Source of the DNA: Chitinophaga pinensis | GTDB taxonomy: Bacteria; Bacteroidota; Bacteroidia; Flavobacteriales_D; Crocinitomicaceae | Assembly: GCA_945897765.1 (NCBI GenBank) | Contig: CAMDGP010000001.1 | Coordinates: 1-35,034 of the forward strand | DNA length: 35,034 nt | Reading direction: 5' to 3' | Shown here: positions 25,491 through 33,896 of the stretch, piece after piece | Layout of the letters: each line of letters starts with the position of its first letter | Position numbering within the stretch: the first letter of the stretch is position 1 | The notes under the pieces: generated by a model | Databases searched by the model: none | What the model was told of the DNA's origin: nothing | What the model saw: the letters and a program-made list of their open reading frames with translations, nothing else | Made by a program: the position numbers and the translations under genes

Positions 25491-25502
25491 GCCAGCTGAC
25501 GG
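25491..25502. repeat. 12-mer GCCAGCTGACGG, copy 2
   Basis: Identical to 25346-25357, offset by 145 nt. The two copies bracket the tandem repeat. Confidence 0.7.
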
Positions 25503-25690
25503 TTTAAGATTTAAACAATTTACGAACTCTAAAAATAAGTAAACGCTATAGTTAATTCTGAAAAATTTAAGCTTGACTTATTGTCGAAATTACATTTTCT
25601 TATTGTTTTTATGTAAATATTTTAATTTCAGGTTTTTAGATTTAAGTTTTTTTTCTATTTTTATCCCCTTAACCTTAAATTATTTATATT

Positions 25691-26323
25691 ATGAAGTATG
25701 GCGTAAGACACCAAGAATCGTATTCTCGTGGAGAATTATTACTAAGAACCTTTTTCGGAGGTTTATACATTGCGTTACCACATGCATTTTTATTGTTATT
25801 CCTTATGCTGTGGTCTAGCATCTTGAATTTAATCACCTTTTGGGTAGTTTTAATAACTGGAAAATTTCCCGAAAGCATGTTTAACTATCAATTAAATCTT
25901 CAACGATGGGGATTGAGAGTTAGTGCGAGATTACAAAATTTAAGTGATGGTTATCCTGCTTTTGGACTTTCAGGGAAAGACGAAAACACAATGATTGAAC
26001 TTGAAAGACCAGAAAAAGTAAATAGAGGAACTGTTATTTTAAGAATTATGTTCGGAGGATTATATGTTATACTTCCTCATGTAATCTGTTTGATTTTTGT
26101 AACTATAGGAGCAATGTTTGTTCGATTAATAGCCTTTTGGGTTGTTTTAATCACAGGAAAATTTCCAAAAGGAATGCACGATTATATGGTTGGTGTAATG
26201 CGTTGGCAATATAGAATTTCTATCTATATGGGTTACATGACTGATGTTTACCCTCCATTCTCTATGAAAGGAAATGAAGCTGATTTTAATGGTTCATCTT
26301 CAAGCGATTTATTGGATAATTAA
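25691..26323 (+). CDS. DUF4389-like membrane protein with two tandem copies of the domain
   Basis: There are two ~80-aa repeats (aa 13-92 and 112-191). Each has the pattern RxxxLRxxFGGLYxxLPH...FWVVLITGKFP...RW..R...Y....YP(P/A)F, which I recognise as DUF4389. FWVVLITGKFP is identical in both copies. Confidence 0.65.
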   Translation: MKYGVRHQESYSRGELLLRTFFGGLYIALPHAFLLLFLMLWSSILNLITFWVVLITGKFPESMFNYQLNLQRWGLRVSARLQNLSDGYPAFGLSGKDENTMIELERPEKVNRGTVILRIMFGGLYVILPHVICLIFVTIGAMFVRLIAFWVVLITGKFPKGMHDYMVGVMRWQYRISIYMGYMTDVYPPFSMKGNEADFNGSSSSDLLDN

Positions 26324-26334
26324 TATTCATAACT

Positions 26335-26817
26335 ATGAATTGGTACCTACTCGCTTTTAAAAAATATGGAACATTTTCTGGAAGATCTAGAAGACAAGAA
26401 TATTGGATGTTCTTTCTTTTTAATATTATTGTTAGTATAGTTTTAGCACTACTAGATCAATTACTTGGGTTAAAGTTAACTTTTGAAGGAATTAACAACA
26501 CAGGGATTTTAGGAGTGATTTATTCATTAGCAACATTTGTTCCTGGATTATCAATTGCAGTAAGAAGATTACATGATACAAATAGAAGTGGTTGGTTCTT
26601 ATTACTACCGATCGCACCCTATATTTTGGTCATTTTAGGGCTAATTCTTAGAGGTTTTGGAAGTATTCTAATCATAATTGGCGGTTTAGCCGTTTTAGGG
26701 TTAGCAATTCTTCTAATTGTTTGGCTTGCAACTGAAGGAACTTCAGGTGAAAATCAATTTGGTCCTGACCCAAAAGGGACAGATGGCTTTTCTACTAATG
26801 AATTATTAGATAATTAA
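26335..26817 (+). CDS. DUF805 (YhaH/YhaI-like) inner-membrane protein
   Basis: Hallmark motifs FKKYGTFSGRSRRQEYWMFFLFN, IAVRRLHDTNRSGWFLLL and ENQFGPDP. It starts 11 nt after the DUF4389 gene. Confidence 0.8.
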   Translation: MNWYLLAFKKYGTFSGRSRRQEYWMFFLFNIIVSIVLALLDQLLGLKLTFEGINNTGILGVIYSLATFVPGLSIAVRRLHDTNRSGWFLLLPIAPYILVILGLILRGFGSILIIIGGLAVLGLAILLIVWLATEGTSGENQFGPDPKGTDGFSTNELLDN

Positions 26818-26838
26818 GCAGATATCTATTTATAAAAG

Positions 26839-26862
26839 AACCTCCCAAAAGGAGGTTTTTTT
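26839..26862. terminator. bidirectional rho-independent terminator
   Basis: Stem aacctcc (26839-26845), loop caaaa, stem ggaggtt (26851-26857) running into a T-tract (T run 26856-26862), with an A-rich tract upstream. It sits between the convergent stops at 26817 and 26868. Confidence 0.75.
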
Positions 26863-26867
26863 ATGCT

Positions 26868-29303
26868 TTAAACTTTCGTTTTCTTCCCTACAAGTCGATA
26901 CGTATATTGCACCATCAGCGTTCTTGGTGCTTCGATTTTCAATGGGCGAAGTGAGTACGTTCTGTTTAAAATATTACTTCCAATCAAAGCTAACTTGTGG
27001 GTTTCATTAACATTGTATGAAACACGCATATCAAAAATCCAATTTCCAAAGCGATGTGAATTGAAGAAATCCATATAGCGCAAATCCTGTAAAAGTTCAT
27101 TGTCTATAGTCAATTCCTCAAAATCTTTGATAATTGCATCCATATTTATCATTTTGGAAAAATATTTAGCACTCATTCCAATCGATAGTTTTTTGTCATA
27201 AACAAACTCGGCATCTAGTTTTACATTGTGTAAAAAACGATATTTCAAAATTCCGTTCGAAGGATCTAGAGAAGTAGAATTGTATGTAAACACGCGATTT
27301 AATGAATCCGTTGCATACACAAAATCTGGTGATAATGTTTTTGGAACGATATAATTGTAACCCAATAAAAACGTCATTTCTGATTTTTTAGTCACTTTTG
27401 CTCCACCAACGAAGGAAGCATCAATTCCTGTAACACGTGACTCTCCTGTATTTAGAAACATGAAACCTGCACTTTTTCCTAATGCTTGAATATCATTAAG
27501 TTCATGCCAAATACCGAACATGTATTCGATTGTATTTTGATATTCTTGCCAGAAAACAGCAACGTCTAAGTAACCCATTAAACCACCTAATTTCAAACCT
27601 TGTTTGATTCCAACCTCAGCATTCCAGCTACTTTCAGGTTTTAAATTTGGATTCGGGAAAACACCAAAATTCCCAACCCCTGTCTTGATAAATCGTTCAG
27701 TAATTGTTGGAAAACGATAACCTTGACCATAAGATGTTCGCAAGTACGTTTCTTGATACAATTTTAAGCTTGCTCCTGCGCGAAAAATGGGTTTCATTGC
27801 AGTTACCGTATCATTCAATCTAAAATATTCAAAACGCCCACCAGCTGACATATTTAAAGACTTATTATACTTACTTTCGACTTGCGTGTAAGCCGAAATA
27901 TTCAACAATTGATTATTTGGAGTACCGGAACCTGCATAAATGTTTGCAAATGAATTTGTATAAGTACTTGTCACCCCACCAATAAAATCAAGATTCTTCA
28001 AGTCGGGATAACTTTTTTGAAACATGTAATCGCCATAATACGTGGACGCACGATTGGATTGATTGGCACTCATTTCATTATCGACATGTAAAACACGAGT
28101 ACGTAAAGAATGTCTTCCGTCAGTTTGTGTAAAGAAATTAAAATAAGGGTCAATGTTGAAAATAAACTGGTCTTGCATGAATACTGCTCCTGGATAAGCT
28201 CTGAACAAACCCGATGAATCATTCAACCAAGCAAGCGGCATAACGGTATGCATCAGCATGAAATTTCCATTCATTCCATAATTCAAGCCTTTGATTTTTT
28301 TGGAACGATAGCGCAAGTTGAAATTCAATCGGCCACGCTTTGAAATCATCTCACTTTCTGTGAAGTTAGTAATGGTATCGGGAAAAACAGTTGCTACAAT
28401 TGAATCGGTAATGGGCGGACCAATATAACCATGGTCAAAATTTACATTTCCGCCAACTACAACATCCAAGTTTCCAAACATTTGTGAATGCAAAAAATTC
28501 ATTCCGTGGATGCCCGGATATTGTGTCCACCATTTCGCATTTGGTTGACTTGGAGCCGAATAAGCACCCGAATAAACATTAATTTTTGTGAGCGGTTTTA
28601 CCGTTGGATAAGCCGTTCGAATATGAATTGAGCCCGATAAAGCAGAACTTCCTGAAAGAACAGAAGCAGCACCTTTGATTATTTCAATTTGGTTAATGTT
28701 TTCCACTGGAATAAATCCCCATTCTGGTTTTCCTGCATCGCCCGAAAGCATTGGCATGTCGTCCACAATTACAGAAACCTTTGATCCAACACCAAAAGTA
28801 AACCCACTTCCGCCGCGGATTTGAGGTTCGCCATCTAAAATATTCAAACCAGGAGTTTGGTCTAAGGCTGTTTCAATGCTTCTTGTGTTTTTATTTTCAA
28901 TCAATTCAGGCTTGAGCACAATCATTGTAACCGTTTGCTCTTCAATCGGCTTATCGAATCGTCCAACCTTAACATCAATTTGTTTCAACTCTTTAATGAA
29001 TGAAGTTAAAACAATATCAAGATTTACTGTTTGATTTTCAAACACTTGAACTGTTAATGTGTCGGGATTCATGCTAGTAAAGCGACAAACCAAACGACAA
29101 GTTCCAGCAGGTACTTCTAATAAATACTTGCCTTTCTCATCCGTTAAAGCACCAATTGTAACATCTTTTCGATAAATTACAGCAGCTCCAGGCAACGCAA
29201 CGCCTTTCTCGTCACGAACAATTCCGGTTATTTTTCCATTTTGAGCAGTTGAGAAATTACTTATTAAAAGGAAAAAAAAGAAAATTATAGAATAGTACTT
29301 CAA
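26868..29303 (-). CDS. TonB-dependent outer-membrane receptor with N-terminal CarboxypepD_reg-like domain
   Basis: Signal peptide, CarboxypepD_reg-like segment (GKITGIVRDEKGVALPGAAVIY...TDEKGKYLLEV), plug motifs (ALDQTPGLN...PQIRGGSG...VSVIVDDMPM...IEIIKGAASVLSGSSALSGSI), and a long barrel. The start codon is TTG (29301-29303); no in-frame ATG would retain the signal peptide. It lies 1 nt after the upstream gene's stop. Confidence 0.9.
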   Translation of the reverse strand: MKYYSIIFFFFLLISNFSTAQNGKITGIVRDEKGVALPGAAVIYRKDVTIGALTDEKGKYLLEVPAGTCRLVCRFTSMNPDTLTVQVFENQTVNLDIVLTSFIKELKQIDVKVGRFDKPIEEQTVTMIVLKPELIENKNTRSIETALDQTPGLNILDGEPQIRGGSGFTFGVGSKVSVIVDDMPMLSGDAGKPEWGFIPVENINQIEIIKGAASVLSGSSALSGSIHIRTAYPTVKPLTKINVYSGAYSAPSQPNAKWWTQYPGIHGMNFLHSQMFGNLDVVVGGNVNFDHGYIGPPITDSIVATVFPDTITNFTESEMISKRGRLNFNLRYRSKKIKGLNYGMNGNFMLMHTVMPLAWLNDSSGLFRAYPGAVFMQDQFIFNIDPYFNFFTQTDGRHSLRTRVLHVDNEMSANQSNRASTYYGDYMFQKSYPDLKNLDFIGGVTSTYTNSFANIYAGSGTPNNQLLNISAYTQVESKYNKSLNMSAGGRFEYFRLNDTVTAMKPIFRAGASLKLYQETYLRTSYGQGYRFPTITERFIKTGVGNFGVFPNPNLKPESSWNAEVGIKQGLKLGGLMGYLDVAVFWQEYQNTIEYMFGIWHELNDIQALGKSAGFMFLNTGESRVTGIDASFVGGAKVTKKSEMTFLLGYNYIVPKTLSPDFVYATDSLNRVFTYNSTSLDPSNGILKYRFLHNVKLDAEFVYDKKLSIGMSAKYFSKMINMDAIIKDFEELTIDNELLQDLRYMDFFNSHRFGNWIFDMRVSYNVNETHKLALIGSNILNRTYSLRPLKIEAPRTLMVQYTYRLVGKKTKV

Positions 29304-29304
29304 A

Positions 29305-30228
29305 TTAAGGAACTAAAATTTTCACTACTGAATCACCTGATTTAAGAAAATAAATCCCTGTGTTCAGACTCATTCCATTTAGCGTGGTTAGGTTGCCAAT
29401 TTTTTCACTAGCTCCAGCCAAATTGATTAATTCATAAGTTGCATCAGCACCTTTAATTGTCAAACCATTCTCAACAGAATAATAAGCTTTGAAAGAATCA
29501 GCAACTTGCTCATTTAAACCAACTGAATTATAAATCAATTCAATATCGTCTAGAAGAACCTCGTCATTTGTTGAACCACCACCTGGAGTAGAACTTGTAG
29601 CAAACGTTATCAAGATATATTCGACCGTTGTTGCTGGACCTTCATTTACAAATGGAACTGATTTTCTAACCCAATTTCCTCCAGTTGCGCCATAATTTAA
29701 CTCTGCCCTTGCAACTGTGTGTGAAGTTGAATTCGCATCAATTGGATCTCTAAAATCATAGCTATCATGTAGAATCGCATGAACACGCGCATTGTTTGAA
29801 CTATTTATTGGTGTGTATTTAACCCAAAAAACGAGAGAATCGGGTTGGCCAGTTAATGCTTCTGAAAAATTTGCATCTGAAGTTTTTGTAAAATTATAGT
29901 TATCAGGACTAGATGCAGTCGAACTTCCCATATTTACTTGACCTACCGTTAAAAGTCCATTTGCTACAACACCAAGTGTGCTTTTTGCATAAACGCGAGC
30001 ACAATAAGTTCCTGAAGCACCAGAACGAATTGAAGTTGACCTTGCTACTTGTTGTGAACCAAAAGATGATAAACCACCAGTTCCTGTTTTGAAAGAACTC
30101 CAATTAGTTGGCTCTTCTGTTGATTGTCCGACGTTGTCCCAAGACTCCATATTAGAGTTGCCAATTTGTTGCTGAGCAAAGGTTCCAAGGCTTGTGAAAA
30201 GTAGAATATTTAAGGTAATTTTTTTCAT
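29305..30228 (-). CDS. secreted beta-sandwich protein (PCMD/CBM-like N-terminal domain) with probable T9SS C-terminal sorting domain
   Basis: Signal peptide MKKITLNILLFTSLGTFAQ. The region NSNMESWDN...EEPTNWSSF...LLTVGQVNMG...SLVFWVKYTP...EVLLDDIELIY resembles the PCMD-type jelly-roll domain seen in Bacteroidetes. The C-terminal ~75 aa (YELINLAGASEKIG...LNTGIYFLKSGDSVVKILV) resemble a T9SS CTD but lack the PNP motif. Confidence 0.6.
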   Translation of the reverse strand: MKKITLNILLFTSLGTFAQQQIGNSNMESWDNVGQSTEEPTNWSSFKTGTGGLSSFGSQQVARSTSIRSGASGTYCARVYAKSTLGVVANGLLTVGQVNMGSSTASSPDNYNFTKTSDANFSEALTGQPDSLVFWVKYTPINSSNNARVHAILHDSYDFRDPIDANSTSHTVARAELNYGATGGNWVRKSVPFVNEGPATTVEYILITFATSSTPGGGSTNDEVLLDDIELIYNSVGLNEQVADSFKAYYSVENGLTIKGADATYELINLAGASEKIGNLTTLNGMSLNTGIYFLKSGDSVVKILVP

Positions 30229-30247
30229 AATTTTGATTTTTCTAAAA

Positions 30248-30255
30248 CAAATGTA
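30248..30255 (-). promoter_or_regulatory. candidate -7 promoter box (TACATTTG on the minus strand) for the beta-sandwich/receptor operon
   Basis: Plus-strand caaatgta is the reverse complement of TAcaTTTG, an exact TAnnTTTG match ending 20 nt upstream of ATG 30228. It is the same octamer as upstream of guaB. Confidence 0.4.
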
Positions 30256-30313
30256 AAGAAAAACTTACGAAACCTTAACTTTAAATTATTAACATATTAA
30301 CGTTCGAAATGAT

Positions 30314-30321
30314 TACTTTTG
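30314..30321 (+). promoter_or_regulatory. candidate -7 promoter box (TACTTTTG) upstream of queE
   Basis: Exact TAnnTTTG match, but it ends only 3 nt before ATG 30325. If functional, it implies a leaderless mRNA or use of the downstream ATG at 30367. Confidence 0.25.
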
Positions 30322-30324
30322 CTT

Positions 30325-30948
30325 ATGCATTTTAGTCAAATTGATACTTCTGTTGAGCTTCCAATCATGGAGCAATTCTATACCATTCAAGGCGAAGGAC
30401 ATCATTCAGGAAGAGCAGCTTACTTTATTCGAATTGCAGGATGCGACGTTGGTTGTGTTTGGTGTGACGTAAAAGAAAGTTGGGATTCGCAAGTTCATCC
30501 GTTGGTGAAAATCTCGGGTTTAATTTCAGCAGTTAACAAGTTTCAAGCAAAATTCGTTGTGATAACTGGCGGTGAACCAGCAATGTATGATCTAACAACT
30601 TTAGTAAACGAATTAAAAAAACACGAAATCGAAGTGGCAATTGAAACATCAGGTTGCTATGAACTTGTTGGAAATGTTGATTGGTATTGCTTTTCTCCTA
30701 AGAAATTCAAAGCTCCAACAGAAGAAGCTTACACGAAAGCAAGTGAACTTAAAGTGGTGATTTTTCATCCTTCTGATTTTGCTTGGGCAGAAACGCATGC
30801 TGAAAAAGTGAATGAAAATTGTGTTTTATTTTTACAGCCTGAATGGAGTAAACAAGACAAATTGTTGCCTTTAATTATAGACTATGTGAAAAGTAACCAA
30901 AAGTGGCGCATTTCGTTACAAACACATAAATTCATGCAAATACCTTAA
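30325..30948 (+). CDS. queE: 7-carboxy-7-deazaguanine synthase (radical SAM)
   Basis: EQFYTIQGEGHHSGRAAYFIRIAGCDVGCVWCD (QueE-type N-terminus and Cys cluster), VVITGGEP, and ~207-aa length. The start is uncertain: the track uses TTG 30319, I prefer ATG 30325, and ATG 30367 is possible. Confidence 0.85.
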   Translation: MHFSQIDTSVELPIMEQFYTIQGEGHHSGRAAYFIRIAGCDVGCVWCDVKESWDSQVHPLVKISGLISAVNKFQAKFVVITGGEPAMYDLTTLVNELKKHEIEVAIETSGCYELVGNVDWYCFSPKKFKAPTEEAYTKASELKVVIFHPSDFAWAETHAEKVNENCVLFLQPEWSKQDKLLPLIIDYVKSNQKWRISLQTHKFMQIP

Positions 30949-30957
30949 ATTCAATTC

Positions 30958-32973
30958 ATGCTTAAAATTGTCTCGTTTTTATTGTTCAGTATACTTCTTG
31001 TTGGCTGTACGACCGCTCAATTCCCCTACTCTACTTCTAATAAAAAAGCAATAAAACTATTTGAAGAAGCTCAAAAAGCGCCCGAAGTTTATTACGACCA
31101 ACAAAAAGGTCCGAACTACCCAAAAGGTATTGAAATTGCCAATCAAGCACTAGAAAAAGACCCTGATTTTTGGGAAGCGCATTTATTAATTGCTGAATTA
31201 TACAAACTTAGCAATGACTACAAAAATGCAATTGTACATTATAAACGCGCTTTAGAAATTGACCCAAATCACAGTGTTAGTGGGGCAACTCTTTACTATT
31301 TGTCAGCTGTGCAATTAGCTGTTGGTCAATATGAGGATGCTTTAACTTCCATTGAACGATTTCTTCGTAATCCATATGCAAAAGAAAATTTAATGGGAGA
31401 AGCTCGACAAATTCAAGCGAATGCAAAATTTGCCAAAAGTGCCATTCAAAATCCAAAACCGTTTAATCCAATAAATGTGGGACCTGGTATTAATACAGGT
31501 TTGCCTGAATATTTCCCAACATTGACTGTGGATGGAAAAACGATTTTCTTTACGCGACAAATTAGCGACCCGCGTGTTGAACATTATTTTGCACAAGAAG
31601 ATTTTTACATTTCCAACTTTGGTATTGATAAAAGTTGGGGAGCTTCTTTTGCAATGCCTCCAAACGTAAACACAATTAACAACGAAGGAGCACCAACAAT
31701 TGCACCTGACGGGAAAAGCTTAATTTTCGTTGGTTGTTCGGACGAATCAGGAATTTATTATGGGGAAAATCGCGAGGGGAAAGGAAGTTGCGATTTGTTT
31801 TTTACTCAGAAAATTGGCAACAAATGGACTAATCCAATCAATCTTCCTGGAAATGTTAATACCATGCATTGGGAAACACAGCCTTCTCTTTCTGCAGACG
31901 GAAAAACCTTATATTTTATTCGTGGTTTACGAAATAGAGATGGAAAAAGAGATGCTGATATTTATGTTTCATACTTGCAACAAGACGGTACTTGGGGAAC
32001 GGCTCAACGTTTACCTAATACCGTGAACACACCTTACGCAGAAGAATCTGTTCACATTCACCCAGATGGAAGAACACTTTACTTTGCCTCCCGCGGTCAC
32101 GTTGGAATGGGTGGTTCTGATTTATTCGTTACTAGAATGGATGATTATGGAACGTGGTCAAAACCAGAAAATTTAGGTTACCCTATCAATACCGTAAATG
32201 ATGAAAATTCATTAGTTGTTTCCCCAACAGGAGACATTGCTTTTTTCGCTTCTAATCGCGATGGAGGTTATGGTGACTTGGATATTTATTATTTTGAACT
32301 TCCTGAGGAATTAAGACCTGTGAAAACATTGTACTTCGACGGACGTGTATTTGATGCGATTACTAAAAATTCAATTCCTGGACATTTCCAATTAACGGAT
32401 TTAAAAACAGGAAAAGTGATGATTATCTCTGACGCTGACAAAATAGATGGAACATTTATGGTTGCGTTGCCTATCAATCGCGAGTATGCAATTAGTGTTA
32501 CTTACCCCGGTTATTTTCCCTATACCTTGAATTTTAACTTGTTGATTCCAGATGGAAAAGATAGTTATCACCTCGATATTCCTTTAAATCCAGAAACAAG
32601 TCAGCAAGAAAATGTATTGGCAAATGTATTTTTTGATTTAGGAAAATCAACACTTCGTCCAGAATCTAAAATTGAGTTAACTGATTTTGTCGCTTATTTG
32701 AAGAAAAATCCAAAAATCAGAATTGAATTAGGCGGACATACCGATTCACGTGGTAACAAAGACGAAAACCTAAAACTTTCAACTGATCGTTCGAAAACTG
32801 TTTACGACTATTTAATTGCAAATGGGGTTTTAGCAAATCGACTTTCTTATAAAGGTTTTGGTTCAACTCAGCCTATTTATTCCGATGATGCCATTTCAAA
32901 ACTTGGCTCCGAAATTGAAAAAGAACAAGCGCATCAAAAAAATCGACGTACTGTTTATACCATTTTACCATGA
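30958..32973 (+). CDS. OmpA-family lipoprotein with TPR, PD40/TolB-like beta-propeller repeats and C-terminal OmpA-like domain
   Basis: Lipobox LLVGC. TPR-like helices (AHLLIAELYKLSNDYKNAIVHYKRALEIDPN). Repeated PD40-type units (PTLTVDGKTIFF, PTIAPDGKSLIF, PSLSADGKTLYF, HIHPDGRTLYF, SPTGDIAFF). The OmpA_C-like end is VFFDLGKSTL...LGGHTDSRGN...NLKLSTDRSKTV...GFGSTQP. Confidence 0.88.
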   Translation: MLKIVSFLLFSILLVGCTTAQFPYSTSNKKAIKLFEEAQKAPEVYYDQQKGPNYPKGIEIANQALEKDPDFWEAHLLIAELYKLSNDYKNAIVHYKRALEIDPNHSVSGATLYYLSAVQLAVGQYEDALTSIERFLRNPYAKENLMGEARQIQANAKFAKSAIQNPKPFNPINVGPGINTGLPEYFPTLTVDGKTIFFTRQISDPRVEHYFAQEDFYISNFGIDKSWGASFAMPPNVNTINNEGAPTIAPDGKSLIFVGCSDESGIYYGENREGKGSCDLFFTQKIGNKWTNPINLPGNVNTMHWETQPSLSADGKTLYFIRGLRNRDGKRDADIYVSYLQQDGTWGTAQRLPNTVNTPYAEESVHIHPDGRTLYFASRGHVGMGGSDLFVTRMDDYGTWSKPENLGYPINTVNDENSLVVSPTGDIAFFASNRDGGYGDLDIYYFELPEELRPVKTLYFDGRVFDAITKNSIPGHFQLTDLKTGKVMIISDADKIDGTFMVALPINREYAISVTYPGYFPYTLNFNLLIPDGKDSYHLDIPLNPETSQQENVLANVFFDLGKSTLRPESKIELTDFVAYLKKNPKIRIELGGHTDSRGNKDENLKLSTDRSKTVYDYLIANGVLANRLSYKGFGSTQPIYSDDAISKLGSEIEKEQAHQKNRRTVYTILP

Positions 32974-33896
32974 AGCATTTCTTACGATTAATTCGAGTAA
33001 TAAACTTATTCATTATTGTGCTGACTATGATTGGAGTAGCCTTCAATTTACTACGCACGAATGACTATTTAATAGTTGATTTTCATATTTTGAATTATTC
33101 GCTATTGATTTTCTCAACTGTAATTATCGCCGCAGCTGGAAATATGATTAACGATTATTTTGATGTAAAAGCAGATAGAATTAACAAGCCAAAAAAACTC
33201 ATTATTTCAAAATACCTTAAAAAAAGATGGGCGATTGTAATTCACTGGGGTTTAAATCTTGTAGCTGTTTTTATTTCGATTTTACTTACTATTCGCTACA
33301 ATAGCTTTTTGTTTGTTTTTATTCACTTAATATCAATGAATTTATTGTGGTTTTACAGTGCGTATTTCAAAAAGAAACTATTGGTTGGAAACTTCATTAT
33401 AGCGCTTTTAACTGCCTTAGTTCCTTTGCTTTCTATTTGGTATTTTAAAATTGTCAACGAAAGTTCGGCACCCTTTTCACCTTATCATCAAGATACTTGG
33501 TTCACTTATTTAAATTATTCATTCATTTACTTTTTTGCTGTTTGTGCTTTCTTCCAAAACCTTTCAAGAGAAATTTCAAAAGACATTCAGGATGTTGTTG
33601 GCGATAAGTTAATCCATGTTTATTCACTTCCAATGAAATTAGGTGAACGCAAAGCAGGTATAATTTCAGTTACAATTTTACAGCTACCATTAATCATTGG
33701 AATCGTTTCCATAAGCCAAGGCTGGATTGAAATAAATCTAATTTCTGGTGTTTTACTGCTCATTTCTGCTTTACTTAATTTAGCTTGTTTGGTTCTATTT
33801 TTTATACGTAAACCGTTTCCTTTTGAAATGATTAACACCATCATCAAATGGAGTATGTTGATTGGAATCAGTGCTTTATTTACCAATGCTTTATGA
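32970..33896 (+). CDS. UbiA-family prenyltransferase
   Basis: Multi-helix membrane protein with the first aspartate-rich motif NMINDYFDVKADRINKP and a second conserved region (SREISKDIQDVVGDK). Its ATG overlaps the upstream TGA (ATGA at 32970-32973). Confidence 0.8.
   Translation: MKHFLRLIRVINLFIIVLTMIGVAFNLLRTNDYLIVDFHILNYSLLIFSTVIIAAAGNMINDYFDVKADRINKPKKLIISKYLKKRWAIVIHWGLNLVAVFISILLTIRYNSFLFVFIHLISMNLLWFYSAYFKKKLLVGNFIIALLTALVPLLSIWYFKIVNESSAPFSPYHQDTWFTYLNYSFIYFFAVCAFFQNLSREISKDIQDVVGDKLIHVYSLPMKLGERKAGIISVTILQLPLIIGIVSISQGWIEINLISGVLLLISALLNLACLVLFFIRKPFPFEMINTIIKWSMLIGISALFTNAL

Noticed and set aside
25573-25878. Track ORFs 25573-25818 (+) and 25684-25878 (-), overlapping the 5' end of the DUF4389 gene.
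   Set aside because: They overlap a gene with a strong internally repeated domain signature. Their products (for example MTYCRNYIFLLFLCKYFNF...) look like translated AT-rich spacer. 25573-25690 is better treated as the promoter or leader region.
30325-30948. queE as a marker of a 7-deazaguanine DNA-modification (Dpd-like) defence island.
   Set aside because: No tgt/dpdA-like, helicase, ParB-like or other dpd genes lie nearby. The neighbours are an OmpA-family lipoprotein, a UbiA prenyltransferase and maf, which fits ordinary queuosine biosynthesis.
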